A stretch of DNA of 64,000 nucleotides from Omnitrophica bacterium GWA2_41_15. Its GTDB lineage: Bacteria; Omnitrophota; Gorgyraeia; Gygaellales; UBA12090. Position numbers and translations under genes: made by a program. The stretch's first letter is position 1. Every line of letters begins with the position of its first letter. This document shows, piece by piece, positions 8,333 to 16,017 of the stretch. The notes below the pieces were generated by a model. That model did not search any database. It was not told the origin of the DNA and saw only the letters and a list, made by a program, of their open reading frames with translations. The stretch lies in the NCBI GenBank assembly GCA_919902675.1, contig CAKKRH010000014.1, positions 21,393 to 85,392 of the forward strand. The letters run 5' to 3'.

Positions 8333-8776
8333 TTATTTCTTGACTATCCAAACCTTGATTGTAGCGGTGACCTCAGGATGCAGCTTTAAATCCATGCTAT
8401 AGACGCCTAAAGACTTTATCGGTTCGGCTAGAATGATATTTTTCTTGTCAATATCATAATCTTCGCTCTTTAACAATTTCTCAATCTCTTGAGCGTCAAT
8501 AGTTCCGTAGAGCTTATCTTCAGCCGTTGCCTCCCGGGTAAGGGTAAAAGACTCAGCCAGAAGTTTCTTGGCCAGGGCCTGGGCTTCTTTTTTATTCTTT
8601 TCTTCCGAGACAGCCTTAGAGGCCTCTAATTTTTCCTTAAGCTTTAAGTTTTCTTTTGTTACCGCCAGAACAAGTCCCTGGGGGAACAAAAAATTCCTGG
8701 CATAGCCGTCTTTGATATTAACCACATCCCAGGCCTTTCCTAATTTTTCCACATCCTGCTTTAGTATAACTTTCAT
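8333..8776 (-). CDS. rplI: 50S ribosomal protein L9
   Basis: Start reassigned to the ATG at 8776 (MKVILKQDVEKLGK...), which has a GGAGA RBS. The 29-aa upstream extension in the ORF track reads through repeat family C. Confidence 0.9.
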   Translation of the reverse strand: MKVILKQDVEKLGKAWDVVNIKDGYARNFLFPQGLVLAVTKENLKLKEKLEASKAVSEEKNKKEAQALAKKLLAESFTLTREATAEDKLYGTIDAQEIEKLLKSEDYDIDKKNIILAEPIKSLGVYSMDLKLHPEVTATIKVWIVKK

Positions 8777-8791
8777 ATATTCTCCGCTTTT

Positions 8792-8914
8792 TTGATATAT
8801 TCGGCGGCGTTCAAACCCCGCCCTTTTGAACGGGGAAAGGTTGCGCCGCTTTTTTAGTATCAATCCTAAAGCAATCCACGGTCTTTAGACCGTGGTGTCG
8901 AAGGATTGATTTTA
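8792..8914. repeat. Repeat family C, copy 2 (inverted relative to copy 1)
   Basis: Its reverse complement aligns along its full length with 6648-6767 (aaaatcaatccttcgacaccacgg...gggcggggtttgaRcgccgccgaatRtatcaa). It is intergenic, between rpsR and rplI. Confidence 0.8.
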
Positions 8915-8926
8915 AATACTACCGCA

Positions 8927-9271
8927 CTAAGTCCTTACGTACGGCAATAAAGCCATATACCTGGTGAGTTTAATCGCCCGGCCTAATCCTCTCTGATGCT
9001 TAGTGCAGGCGCCCGTTGCCCGGCGGGAGATCATCTTACCTCTTTCGTTAATAAACTTCTCCAGCCTTTTAGTATCCTTATAATCAATTGCTTTAACATT
9101 CTCAATACAAAAACGACATACCTTCTTTCTTGGCAAACCGAATTCATTCTCTTTCTTTAGCGTAAATACCTTGCCTTTGACATTTCTGCCTCCGCCACGT
9201 CCGGCGCCGCGTCCGGCGCCGCGTCCGGCTCCTGAGCCAGTACTTCTACCGGCAAAACTCTTTTTAATCAT
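8927..9271 (-). CDS. rpsR: 30S ribosomal protein S18 with an N-terminal Gly/Arg repeat extension
   Basis: 114 aa. The C-terminal ~75 aa is canonical S18 (CRFC...IDYKD...FI.ERGK...RR.TG.C.KHQR). The N-terminus GSGAGRGAGRGAGRGGGR is encoded by a 12-nt tandem repeat at 9195-9230. Confidence 0.9.
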   Translation of the reverse strand: MIKKSFAGRSTGSGAGRGAGRGAGRGGGRNVKGKVFTLKKENEFGLPRKKVCRFCIENVKAIDYKDTKRLEKFINERGKMISRRATGACTKHQRGLGRAIKLTRYMALLPYVRT

Positions 9272-9291
9272 TACACTCCCTCCATCTGCGT

Positions 9292-9732
9292 CTACGAAAT
9301 ATTGTCTTCCTGTAAAGAATCAGAGTCTATCTGCTGAGGACTTACTTCTGATATAACATCCGCGTCAGGCTGGGATTGCTCCCTTGCTCCTGAGGCGCCT
9401 TGAGACGAACTTAAAAACTGCACCCTTTCCGCCCGGACCTCAACCACACTGCGCTTGCCTCCGGTATTATCCTCCCAGGAACGAGACTGCAGCCTTCCCT
9501 CAACAAACACCGGAGCGCCTTTACGCAGATACTGGTTGCAGACTTCCGCCTGTTTATCCCAGGCTACCACGGTAATAAAACAGACCTCTTCTTTAGACTC
9601 CCCTGTTTTATCCTTCCAGCGCCGGTTTACCGCCATCCTTAAATTAACCACCGCGGTGCCCTGGGGAGTATAACGCAGTTCGGGATCCTTAGTAAGATTT
9701 CCCATCAACAACACCTTATTAAAACTGGCCAT
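9292..9732 (-). CDS. ssb: single-stranded DNA-binding protein
   Basis: 146 aa with an OB fold (MASFNKVLLMGNLTKDPELRYTPQGTAV...) in rpsF-ssb-rpsR context. Confidence 0.9.
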   Translation of the reverse strand: MASFNKVLLMGNLTKDPELRYTPQGTAVVNLRMAVNRRWKDKTGESKEEVCFITVVAWDKQAEVCNQYLRKGAPVFVEGRLQSRSWEDNTGGKRSVVEVRAERVQFLSSSQGASGAREQSQPDADVISEVSPQQIDSDSLQEDNIS

Positions 9733-9790
9733 TGCTTGCTCCCTCCAATTCAGAAACCGCGCTTAGCGGAGAACGGTTTTAAACCATTCC

Positions 9791-10081
9791 CTACGCGGCC
9801 GAGGTAATCAATATCCTGAGGATATTCTCATTCAGCTTATAAATCTGCCTTAACTTCAAGATAGCGGAAGGTTTGGCCTTAAAGGTTATCAAATAGTAAA
9901 AGCCTTCCTGAAACTTTCTTATAGGATGACCAAGTTTCCTCTTTTCCGACCAAATCCCGGAGGTTACTATCTGGCCTTCATTCTTGATTATCGCCTCATC
10001 TAACTGAGCAAAGACTTCTTTACCCTGCGCCTCGCTTAGATTCGGCTGTAATATAAACATTGCCTCATAATTATTAATCAT
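9791..10081 (-). CDS. rpsF: 30S ribosomal protein S6
   Basis: 96 aa (YEAMFILQPNLSE...), in a conserved operon with ssb and rpsR. Confidence 0.9.
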   Translation of the reverse strand: MINNYEAMFILQPNLSEAQGKEVFAQLDEAIIKNEGQIVTSGIWSEKRKLGHPIRKFQEGFYYLITFKAKPSAILKLRQIYKLNENILRILITSAA

Positions 10082-10191
10082 CTATACTCTCCTTTTACAA
10101 ATCGCTAATTAAGGGCCTATAGCCTATGGTAGATAGTCCATAGTTCCTTTTTTCTTTGACCATTGACCATCGGCTATTGACCATTTATTAT
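10082..10191. repeat. intergenic tandem-word tract (ttgaccat x3; ctatgg/ccatag)
   Basis: Contains ttgaccattgaccatcggctattgaccatt and cctatagcctatggtagatagtccatag. It fills the pth-rpsF spacer. Confidence 0.35.
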
Positions 10192-10752
10192 TTAATTATA
10201 CTTATTCATCGCTGTTTCTATTCCCTCTTTCAACCAGCATAAAACCGCCTCTTTCGCCGTATCCAGAGACTGACGGATCGACTTCTTTTCAGAGGAAGAG
10301 AAATTAGTCAATACAAAATCGCCTAAATCCTGATTTTTTTCAGGTAAAGATATCCCGATACGCAGGCGGCTGAATTCATTTGAACCTAAAACCTTAATAA
10401 TGGAATTCAGCCCTTTATGGCCTCCGGAGCTTCCTTTGGCCCTGATTCTTAACCTGCCCAGCTCCAGGCTTATATCGTCGCAGACAACCAGGATATCCCG
10501 CGGGTTGAGCTTATTTATTGTTTTCAGCTTCAAGACGCTCTCACCGGAAAGATTCATATAGGTAAGAGGCTTGCATAAAATAACATCTTCTTTATTAAAA
10601 AAAGTTGTTGCCCGCGTTGAGCGGCTCTCTCTGTCAAGCTTAAACTCAAGCAGTAACTCTTTAGCAAGACCGTCGAGAGCCATAAAACCCAAATTATGCC
10701 GGCTGTTTCTATATTCCAGGCCGGGATTTCCTAAACCTACAACCAACTTCAC
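10192..10752 (-). CDS. pth: peptidyl-tRNA hydrolase
   Basis: 186 aa (MKLVVGLGNPGLEYRNSRHNLGF...), the canonical Pth N-terminus. Confidence 0.9.
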   Translation of the reverse strand: MKLVVGLGNPGLEYRNSRHNLGFMALDGLAKELLLEFKLDRESRSTRATTFFNKEDVILCKPLTYMNLSGESVLKLKTINKLNPRDILVVCDDISLELGRLRIRAKGSSGGHKGLNSIIKVLGSNEFSRLRIGISLPEKNQDLGDFVLTNFSSSEKKSIRQSLDTAKEAVLCWLKEGIETAMNKYN

Positions 10753-10794
10753 GATTGCGGCCTCCGAAAGCCTCTATTATCCTGGAGCTTACCA

Positions 10795-10815
10795 TTCCTA
10801 TCGCAAAATCCAGGA
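10795..10815. repeat. possible solo terminal-repeat remnant of MITE family B
   Basis: attcctatcgcaaaatccagga closely resembles the right end of copy 1 (acctatcgcaaaatccgggt). No matching left end lies nearby. Confidence 0.3.
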
Positions 10816-10836
10816 TTATGCGGAATTATAAACCGG

Positions 10837-11544
10837 CTACTTTTTCTCTCCCGGAGCTGCCTTGGCAGAAACACCCTCCGCGCCTTCAGCCTTTTCCTTC
10901 TTCTCCTTAATCACTTCGGGCTCAGCCTTTGCCCCTTGTGCCAATGTTTCTTCAGCTGTTGGCGCGGCTTCTTCCTTGGTCGGAGCGACTACCGCTAATA
11001 CTGTCGCTTCAGGATCATTAAATACCTTCAAGCCTTGAGGGATAATCAGATTCCGGACATGAATAGAATCACCCACTTTTAAAGCAGTAACATCCACCTC
11101 AACTGACTTGGGTATCTGGGTAGGCAAACACTCAACCTCAATCTCCCAGAGGATATGATCCAATACCCCGCCGTCCTGTTTTACCCCCACAGACTCACCC
11201 TTGGCGGCAACCGGAACCTTTACTCTTATTTTTTTAGTCAGAGAAATCTGATTAAAATCAATATGCACTACATCGTCGGTGACCGGATTATGCTGGACAT
11301 GCTTGATCAAGACCGCCTTGTCTTCATTTTTCAGGTCTTCTTTTATCCTCAGGTTCAAAACAAAAGACTCACCGTGATGCGCCGACATTAAATTCACAAA
11401 ATCCTTTGAACGCACCTGTATAGTAAGCGTTTTTCGTCCTTCGCCGTAAACCACTGCCGGGATAATTGCCTGCTTACGCAGACGGTTAACCCTGCCTGTG
11501 CCTGTATCTTTTCTCATCTGCGCTTCTAAAATTATCTCTTCCAT
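10837..11544 (-). CDS. rplY: 50S ribosomal protein L25 / general stress protein Ctc
   Basis: The L25 N-domain is followed by a Lys/Glu/Ala-rich tail. The ATG at 11544 (MEEIILEAQ) is preferred because GGAG lies 6 nt upstream; the ORF-track start at 11556 is a GTG. Confidence 0.85.
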   Translation of the reverse strand: MEEIILEAQMRKDTGTGRVNRLRKQAIIPAVVYGEGRKTLTIQVRSKDFVNLMSAHHGESFVLNLRIKEDLKNEDKAVLIKHVQHNPVTDDVVHIDFNQISLTKKIRVKVPVAAKGESVGVKQDGGVLDHILWEIEVECLPTQIPKSVEVDVTALKVGDSIHVRNLIIPQGLKVFNDPEATVLAVVAPTKEEAAPTAEETLAQGAKAEPEVIKEKKEKAEGAEGVSAKAAPGEKK

Positions 11545-11564
11545 TCGTCGCTCCACTCCTCATA

Positions 11565-11649
11565 TCGCGAAACTACGCCGAACTATACGCGGAATCGCGC
11601 AATAAAGGTTGTGCGTAGTTCCGCGTACTATTCCGCGTGGTTCAGCGAT
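11565..11649. repeat. Repeat family A (ACGCGGAAC palindromic element), copy 1
   Basis: atcgcgaaactacgccgaactatacgcggaat...tgtgcgtagttccgcgtactattccgcgtggttcagcgat. It starts 1 nt after the prs stop codon. Confidence 0.8.
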
Positions 11650-11650
11650 T

Positions 11651-12589
11651 TTAATCAAATAATGAACTGACCGATTCTTCGCCGTGAATCCTCTTGATTG
11701 CCTCGCCAAAAAGTTCGGCTGCCGATAAAACCTTTATCCGGATATTTTTCTTGGAATCATCCAGAGGAATACTGTCAGTAATCACCAGCTCTTTAAGTTT
11801 TTTACATTTCTCTATCCGCTCAAGGGCCGAACCGCAAAGCACGCCATGAGTAATTGCCGCCCGGATTTCCTTGGCCCCCCGCTGGCTAAGAATCTCTACA
11901 GCTTCAATCAGTGAAGAACCGGTAGAGATAAGGTCATCAACCAAAAGGACATTTTTACCTTCAACATCGCCTAAGATATGCACCGCCTCGGTAGACTCTG
12001 GAGAAATCCGGCGTTTATCTACGATAGCCAGCCCTGCCTCCAGCCTCTTGGCATAAGCCCTGGCCATTTTAATACCGCCCACATCGGGAGAAACCACCAC
12101 CAAATCACTTAACTTCAACTTTTCAAAATACTCCACCATAACACCCACGGCAAAAAGATGGTCTAAGGGTATATCAAAGAAACCCTGAATCTGACCGGCA
12201 TGCAAATCCATGGTAAGAACCCGATCCGCCCCGGCCACAGTAATCAGATTAGCTACCAGCTTTGCCGTAATAGGAACTCTGGGCTGGTCCTTACGGTCCT
12301 GGCGGGCATAGCCGTAATACGGCATGACCGCGGTGATTCGTTTTCCGGAGGCCCTTTTCAGGGCATCAATAATAATCAAGAGTTCCATCAGGCTGTCATT
12401 AACCGGAGTACAGGTCGGCTGGACAACAAATACATCCTTACCACGAATATTTTCTTCTATTTTAACCCTGATTTCTCCTTCGCTGAACCTTCCCACCAAG
12501 CATTCAGAGAGCTTGATCTTAAGATACCTGCAGATTTTTTTGGCTAATTCCGGATTGGCATTACCAGTAACTACGGCTAATTTATCCAT
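11651..12589 (-). CDS. prs: ribose-phosphate pyrophosphokinase
   Basis: Start reassigned to the ATG at 12589 (MDKLAVVTGNANPELAKKI...). The 43-aa upstream extension in the ORF track reads through repeat A and overlaps glmU. Confidence 0.9.
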   Translation of the reverse strand: MDKLAVVTGNANPELAKKICRYLKIKLSECLVGRFSEGEIRVKIEENIRGKDVFVVQPTCTPVNDSLMELLIIIDALKRASGKRITAVMPYYGYARQDRKDQPRVPITAKLVANLITVAGADRVLTMDLHAGQIQGFFDIPLDHLFAVGVMVEYFEKLKLSDLVVVSPDVGGIKMARAYAKRLEAGLAIVDKRRISPESTEAVHILGDVEGKNVLLVDDLISTGSSLIEAVEILSQRGAKEIRAAITHGVLCGSALERIEKCKKLKELVITDSIPLDDSKKNIRIKVLSAAELFGEAIKRIHGEESVSSLFD

Positions 12590-12595
12590 ATAATG

Positions 12596-12681
12596 ATCGC
12601 TGAACTTACGCGGAACGCAACGCGGAACCACGCTTGATATGTTGTGCGTAGTTCCGCGTCCTGTTCCGCGTAGTTCCGCGC
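12596..12681. repeat. Repeat family A, copy 2
   Basis: atcgctgaacttacgcggaacgcaacgcggaaccacgc...tgtgcgtagttccgcgtcctgttccgcgtagttccgcgc. It overlaps the glmU stop codon by 1 nt and ends 6 nt before the prs ATG. Confidence 0.8.
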
Positions 12682-13943
12682 TATCCAATCGTCTTTCTAA
12701 GCGTCCTGGCCGGCACACCTACCACCACTTCTCCGGCAGAAACATCCTTGATTATCACCGAACCGCACCCTGTAACCGCCTTCTTCCCGATTTTGACCGG
12801 AGCTCTTAATATTGTATCGGAGCCGATAAAGGCTCCTTCTCCTATGACCGTCTTCTGCTTATTCTTACCGTCAAAATTAGCCGAAACAGTGCCGCAGCCG
12901 ATATTCACCGACCTCGAAACCAGGCAATCACCCAAATAACTAAAATGCTTCATCAGGGTATCCTGGCCAATGCGCGAGCGGACTACTTCGGTAAAATTAC
13001 CAATCACCGCTTTATCTTCAATCCTGGTGCCCGGCCTTAAATGACAAAAAGGCCCGATTGAGCAGAATTTTTTAATTATAACATCTTTTTCAATAACTGT
13101 AAAGGGATAAATTACGGTATCCCGGCCTATTTTACATCCGGCTTCTATATAGGTAGTATCCGGGTCAATAATACTAACCCCGGAGGCCATAAAATTGTCT
13201 AAGATCCGCTGGCGCATAATCTTTTGAGCCTGAGCCAAATCTATCCGCGAATTTATCCCCTGGGCCTCCCGGACATCTTGGCTTATACATAAAGACTGAA
13301 TAGCCTCACCCATGGCCGCCATTATCTTTATGGCGTCGGTTAGGTAATATTCCTTCTTGGCATTATCCGGTTTTATCCTGGCTATGGCCTTAAAAAGAAT
13401 ATCCTTCTTAAAACAAATTATCCCGGTATTTATTTCTTTGACGCTTTTTTGCTCCTGGGAGGCGTCTTTTTCTTCCACAATAGCCTGGACTCGGCCGTAA
13501 TTATCCCGGATAATCCTTCCGTATCCAAAGGGATTATCCATGCAGGCAGTCAAAATAGTAGCCGAGGCAAGGCTGGAAATATGCCTCTGGATAAGCTTCT
13601 TTAGGGTCGCGGCCTTTAAAAGCGGCTGGTCACCGTAAAGAATCAATAGATTTCCCGAAAAACCTTTCAGGGCGCTCTCTGTTCTTCGGACGGCATCGGC
13701 AGTGCCCACCAGCCTGTCTTGATATACGCTATCGGCCTGATATTCGGTGAGAATGCCCCGCAATAACTCCCTGCCATGGCCGGTGATAACGATGGTCCGG
13801 TCCAACTTAAGTGTTTGGGCCAAATCCAAGACATAGGCCAGCATCGGGCGGCCGCAAAGAGGATGCATCACTTTAGGGATTTCCGACTTCATCCGCGTGC
13901 CCTTACCCGCCGCCAAAATTATTCCCGCGAAATTATAGTTCAT
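12681..13943 (-). CDS. glmU: bifunctional UDP-GlcNAc pyrophosphorylase / GlcN-1-P N-acetyltransferase
   Basis: 420 aa with the N-terminal nucleotidyltransferase motif (IILAAGKGTRMKS) and a C-terminal hexapeptide-repeat acetyltransferase domain. Confidence 0.9.
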   Translation of the reverse strand: MNYNFAGIILAAGKGTRMKSEIPKVMHPLCGRPMLAYVLDLAQTLKLDRTIVITGHGRELLRGILTEYQADSVYQDRLVGTADAVRRTESALKGFSGNLLILYGDQPLLKAATLKKLIQRHISSLASATILTACMDNPFGYGRIIRDNYGRVQAIVEEKDASQEQKSVKEINTGIICFKKDILFKAIARIKPDNAKKEYYLTDAIKIMAAMGEAIQSLCISQDVREAQGINSRIDLAQAQKIMRQRILDNFMASGVSIIDPDTTYIEAGCKIGRDTVIYPFTVIEKDVIIKKFCSIGPFCHLRPGTRIEDKAVIGNFTEVVRSRIGQDTLMKHFSYLGDCLVSRSVNIGCGTVSANFDGKNKQKTVIGEGAFIGSDTILRAPVKIGKKAVTGCGSVIIKDVSAGEVVVGVPARTLRKTIG

Positions 13944-13990
13944 ATTTTTTATATGCCAATTATTAGATTCACCTGAACGTCAAGGCTGGC

Positions 13991-14356
13991 TCAATAATTT
14001 ATCAACCCCGATAACATCTTGCAGGTTTCATCAAGATTCTCTTTCAATGCTTTGTGTTTTTCTTCCCCTATTAATTTCTTTCGCTTACACAACTCAAGTA
14101 TCGGGATACACTCAAAAGCAGATCCTCGCGAAATCCTAAAAAAATTCTTTCTATCTGCTTTGCCATATCTGCCGTTACCCTCGGCAATATTGGCTGCAAT
14201 CGATAAAGCCGCACGATTTAACTGGTCGGTAAGATAATAATTGCCTTTTGAAAAACCTTCTGTCAGGCTGCTAATTTCGTCAGCAAAAGCGACCGCTTTC
14301 TGATAAACCTTGAGATTCTCAAACATAAAAGGCATAAGATTCCACCTTTTGAACAA
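13991..14356 (-). CDS. four-helix-bundle protein (23S rRNA intervening-sequence protein family)
   Basis: The motifs FENLKVYQKA...LTDQLNRAALSIAANIAEGNGR...FFRISRGSAFE are typical of this family. The true start may be an internal Met at 14335 or 14326. Confidence 0.75.
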   Translation of the reverse strand: MFKRWNLMPFMFENLKVYQKAVAFADEISSLTEGFSKGNYYLTDQLNRAALSIAANIAEGNGRYGKADRKNFFRISRGSAFECIPILELCKRKKLIGEEKHKALKENLDETCKMLSGLINY

Positions 14357-14461
14357 TAGAGCAATAGAAAATAGACCGCAATTGAGCTTTTATTTTTTTC
14401 TATTGCTCAATTTTCTATTGCTCAATTGCTCTACCAATTTTTGGCAAAGCCAAAAATTGGT
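14349..14461. repeat. Repeat family D, copy 1 (gaacaataga.../...ctattgctcaattgctc) plus a terminal hairpin
   Basis: Shares gaacaatagaRcaat...gaccgcaattgagc...ctattgctcaattgctct with 48190-48344 and 51828-51969. It ends in the hairpin ccaatttttgg-caaag-ccaaaaattgg, which overlaps the tRNA CCA end. Confidence 0.7.
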
Positions 14462-14531
14462 TGCCCGGTGAGGGCTCGAACCTCAACGCCGAGATCCAAA
14501 TTCTCGTGTGCTACCATTACACTACCGGGCA
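14458..14531 (-). tRNA. tRNA-Gln (anticodon TTG), CCA encoded
   Basis: Minus-strand cloverleaf: acceptor TGCCCGG/CCGGGCA, anticodon stem CGAGA/TCTCG with loop ATTTGGA, T arm TGAGG-TTCGAGC-CCTCA, discriminator A and CCA. Total 74 nt. Confidence 0.85.
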
Positions 14532-14612
14532 GATTTTTCACGATAACAGTTTATGGATGATAGCGTATGGTTTATGGCTTAAAAACAAAAGCTATCAACT
14601 ATCAACTATAAA

Positions 14613-15020
14613 CTACTCTTTAACCGCTACGCGAGGGCCTTTTTTCTTTTCCTGTTCGTAGGCCTCAATAACCTTCTTTTGAAGCTGTTCCCTGAAAATC
14701 TGGGTTATGGGATGGGCAATGTCCTTATGTTCGGACTGCATATCCGAGGCCTGAGATTCACCCGTAATCGGCTCTGACACCAAGGGGAGTTGGCCGGCAC
14801 ACTGGTTACAGTATTTACTGCGGATTTCATTACGGTAGCCGCATTTCGGACAGGGCTGTTTTATTTTACGCGAAGGCATAGCGATGAATAAACCGCTAGA
14901 GCCATCGATAACCTTTATATTCCTTACCACAAAGGCGTCATCAAATGTAACCGTAGCGTAGGCCTTGAGTTTCTTATCCACTGAATCCTTTAAAAATATT
15001 CTTACTTCAGTTATTTCCAT
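14613..15020 (-). CDS. spoVG: SpoVG-family protein with an inserted C4 zinc ribbon
   Basis: 135 aa. MEITEVRIF...KAYATVTFDDAFVVRNIKVIDGSSGLFIAMPSRK and DIAHPITQ are SpoVG blocks. Between them lies CPKCGYRNEIRSKYCNQCAG plus a linker. Confidence 0.8.
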   Translation of the reverse strand: MEITEVRIFLKDSVDKKLKAYATVTFDDAFVVRNIKVIDGSSGLFIAMPSRKIKQPCPKCGYRNEIRSKYCNQCAGQLPLVSEPITGESQASDMQSEHKDIAHPITQIFREQLQKKVIEAYEQEKKKGPRVAVKE

Positions 15021-15066
15021 AGCTGTATTCCTCCAGTTTTAAGCTTTTTTACTTTCTTAGTATACG

Positions 15067-16017
15067 CTAAACGGCGGTTTCCGCGACAAAGACCTTGAGA
15101 TTCTTAAGACGCTTCAAAATCTTAGCTATTTTCAACCCCCCCTTTCTGCTTCCTACCATCCCAAAGACCGCGGAGCCTGAGCCAGACATCAGCGCGTTTA
15201 TAAGTCCTCGCGCTTCTAAATTCCGCTTAAGCCTGCCTACCTGAGGATATCTTCTAAAAGTTACTTCCTCAAGGCGATTGAACAAAATATCTTTAGCGCG
15301 CAGGGACGAAGTGCCGTTAGTCTTTAGATTTTTTATCCTTAATGAGCCAAAGGATTTTTTATTTTTTGTCTGTTGGCGCGATTCATCTAAATCCCGGTAT
15401 ATTAGAGCGGTAGAGACATTTAATTCAGGAACGGCTATAACGTGCCAGAGCTTCTTTTTAGAACCATTCCAGGGCGTAATCCGCTCTCCCCTTCCGCGGC
15501 CGATCGCCAAAGGATAATTATAGATGAAAAAAGCTACATCACTGCCCAGGCGCGAGGCATACTCTTTTAATTCTTTAGCGCTTAAACCTAAATTCCAGAG
15601 GTAATTTAATCCCAAAAGAGTGCTGGCGGCATTACTTGAACCGCCACCCAAACCCGCGCCTACCGGAATACGCTTTCTTATCTTGATCACCAGGCCGGCA
15701 AGGATACCAAAATTCTTCTTTAAAAGCTCCGCGGCCTGATAGGCTAAATTTCCCGCGCCTTTAGGTATATCCAGAGAATCGGTTTCTATTCTTATGGAAT
15801 TTCCGGGAGCCCTTTTTATGACTATTTCATCCGCTAAGGATACGCGCTCAAAAATCGTCTCCAGATTATGATAGCCGTCCGGACGTTTATCTAAAATCTC
15901 TAAGTAAAGATTTAATTTAGCGTAAGATAAAACTCGGACCCCGCCGGGGATTTTTTGTATTCTTTTATCCGCCTTAAGGCTAATCGGCGATTTTCTCTTA
16001 ATCATTTCAAAGATCAA
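15067..16017 (-). CDS. ispE: 4-diphosphocytidyl-2-C-methyl-D-erythritol kinase
   Basis: GHMP kinase motifs (AKLNLYLEIL, PVGAGLGGGSSNAA). The ORF-track start is a TTG; an ATG at 16005 is an alternative start. Confidence 0.85.
   Translation of the reverse strand: MIFEMIKRKSPISLKADKRIQKIPGGVRVLSYAKLNLYLEILDKRPDGYHNLETIFERVSLADEIVIKRAPGNSIRIETDSLDIPKGAGNLAYQAAELLKKNFGILAGLVIKIRKRIPVGAGLGGGSSNAASTLLGLNYLWNLGLSAKELKEYASRLGSDVAFFIYNYPLAIGRGRGERITPWNGSKKKLWHVIAVPELNVSTALIYRDLDESRQQTKNKKSFGSLRIKNLKTNGTSSLRAKDILFNRLEEVTFRRYPQVGRLKRNLEARGLINALMSGSGSAVFGMVGSRKGGLKIAKILKRLKNLKVFVAETAV

Noticed and set aside
12590-12718. N-terminal ORF extensions in the track: prs (to 12718), rplI (to 8863), the DUF4139 gene (to 56053), the nucleotidyltransferase gene (to 59493) and yvcK (to 63753).
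   Set aside because: The extensions are translations of intergenic repeats or tandem-word tracts and overlap the upstream gene. In each case they precede an internal ATG that begins the conserved protein N-terminus; three of the five (rplI, the DUF4139 gene and yvcK) also have an RBS.
14461-14661. A 66-aa plus-strand ORF overlapping the tRNA-Gln locus.
   Set aside because: It is the antisense reading of the tRNA plus the flanking tandem-word tract, and it has no coding signals.
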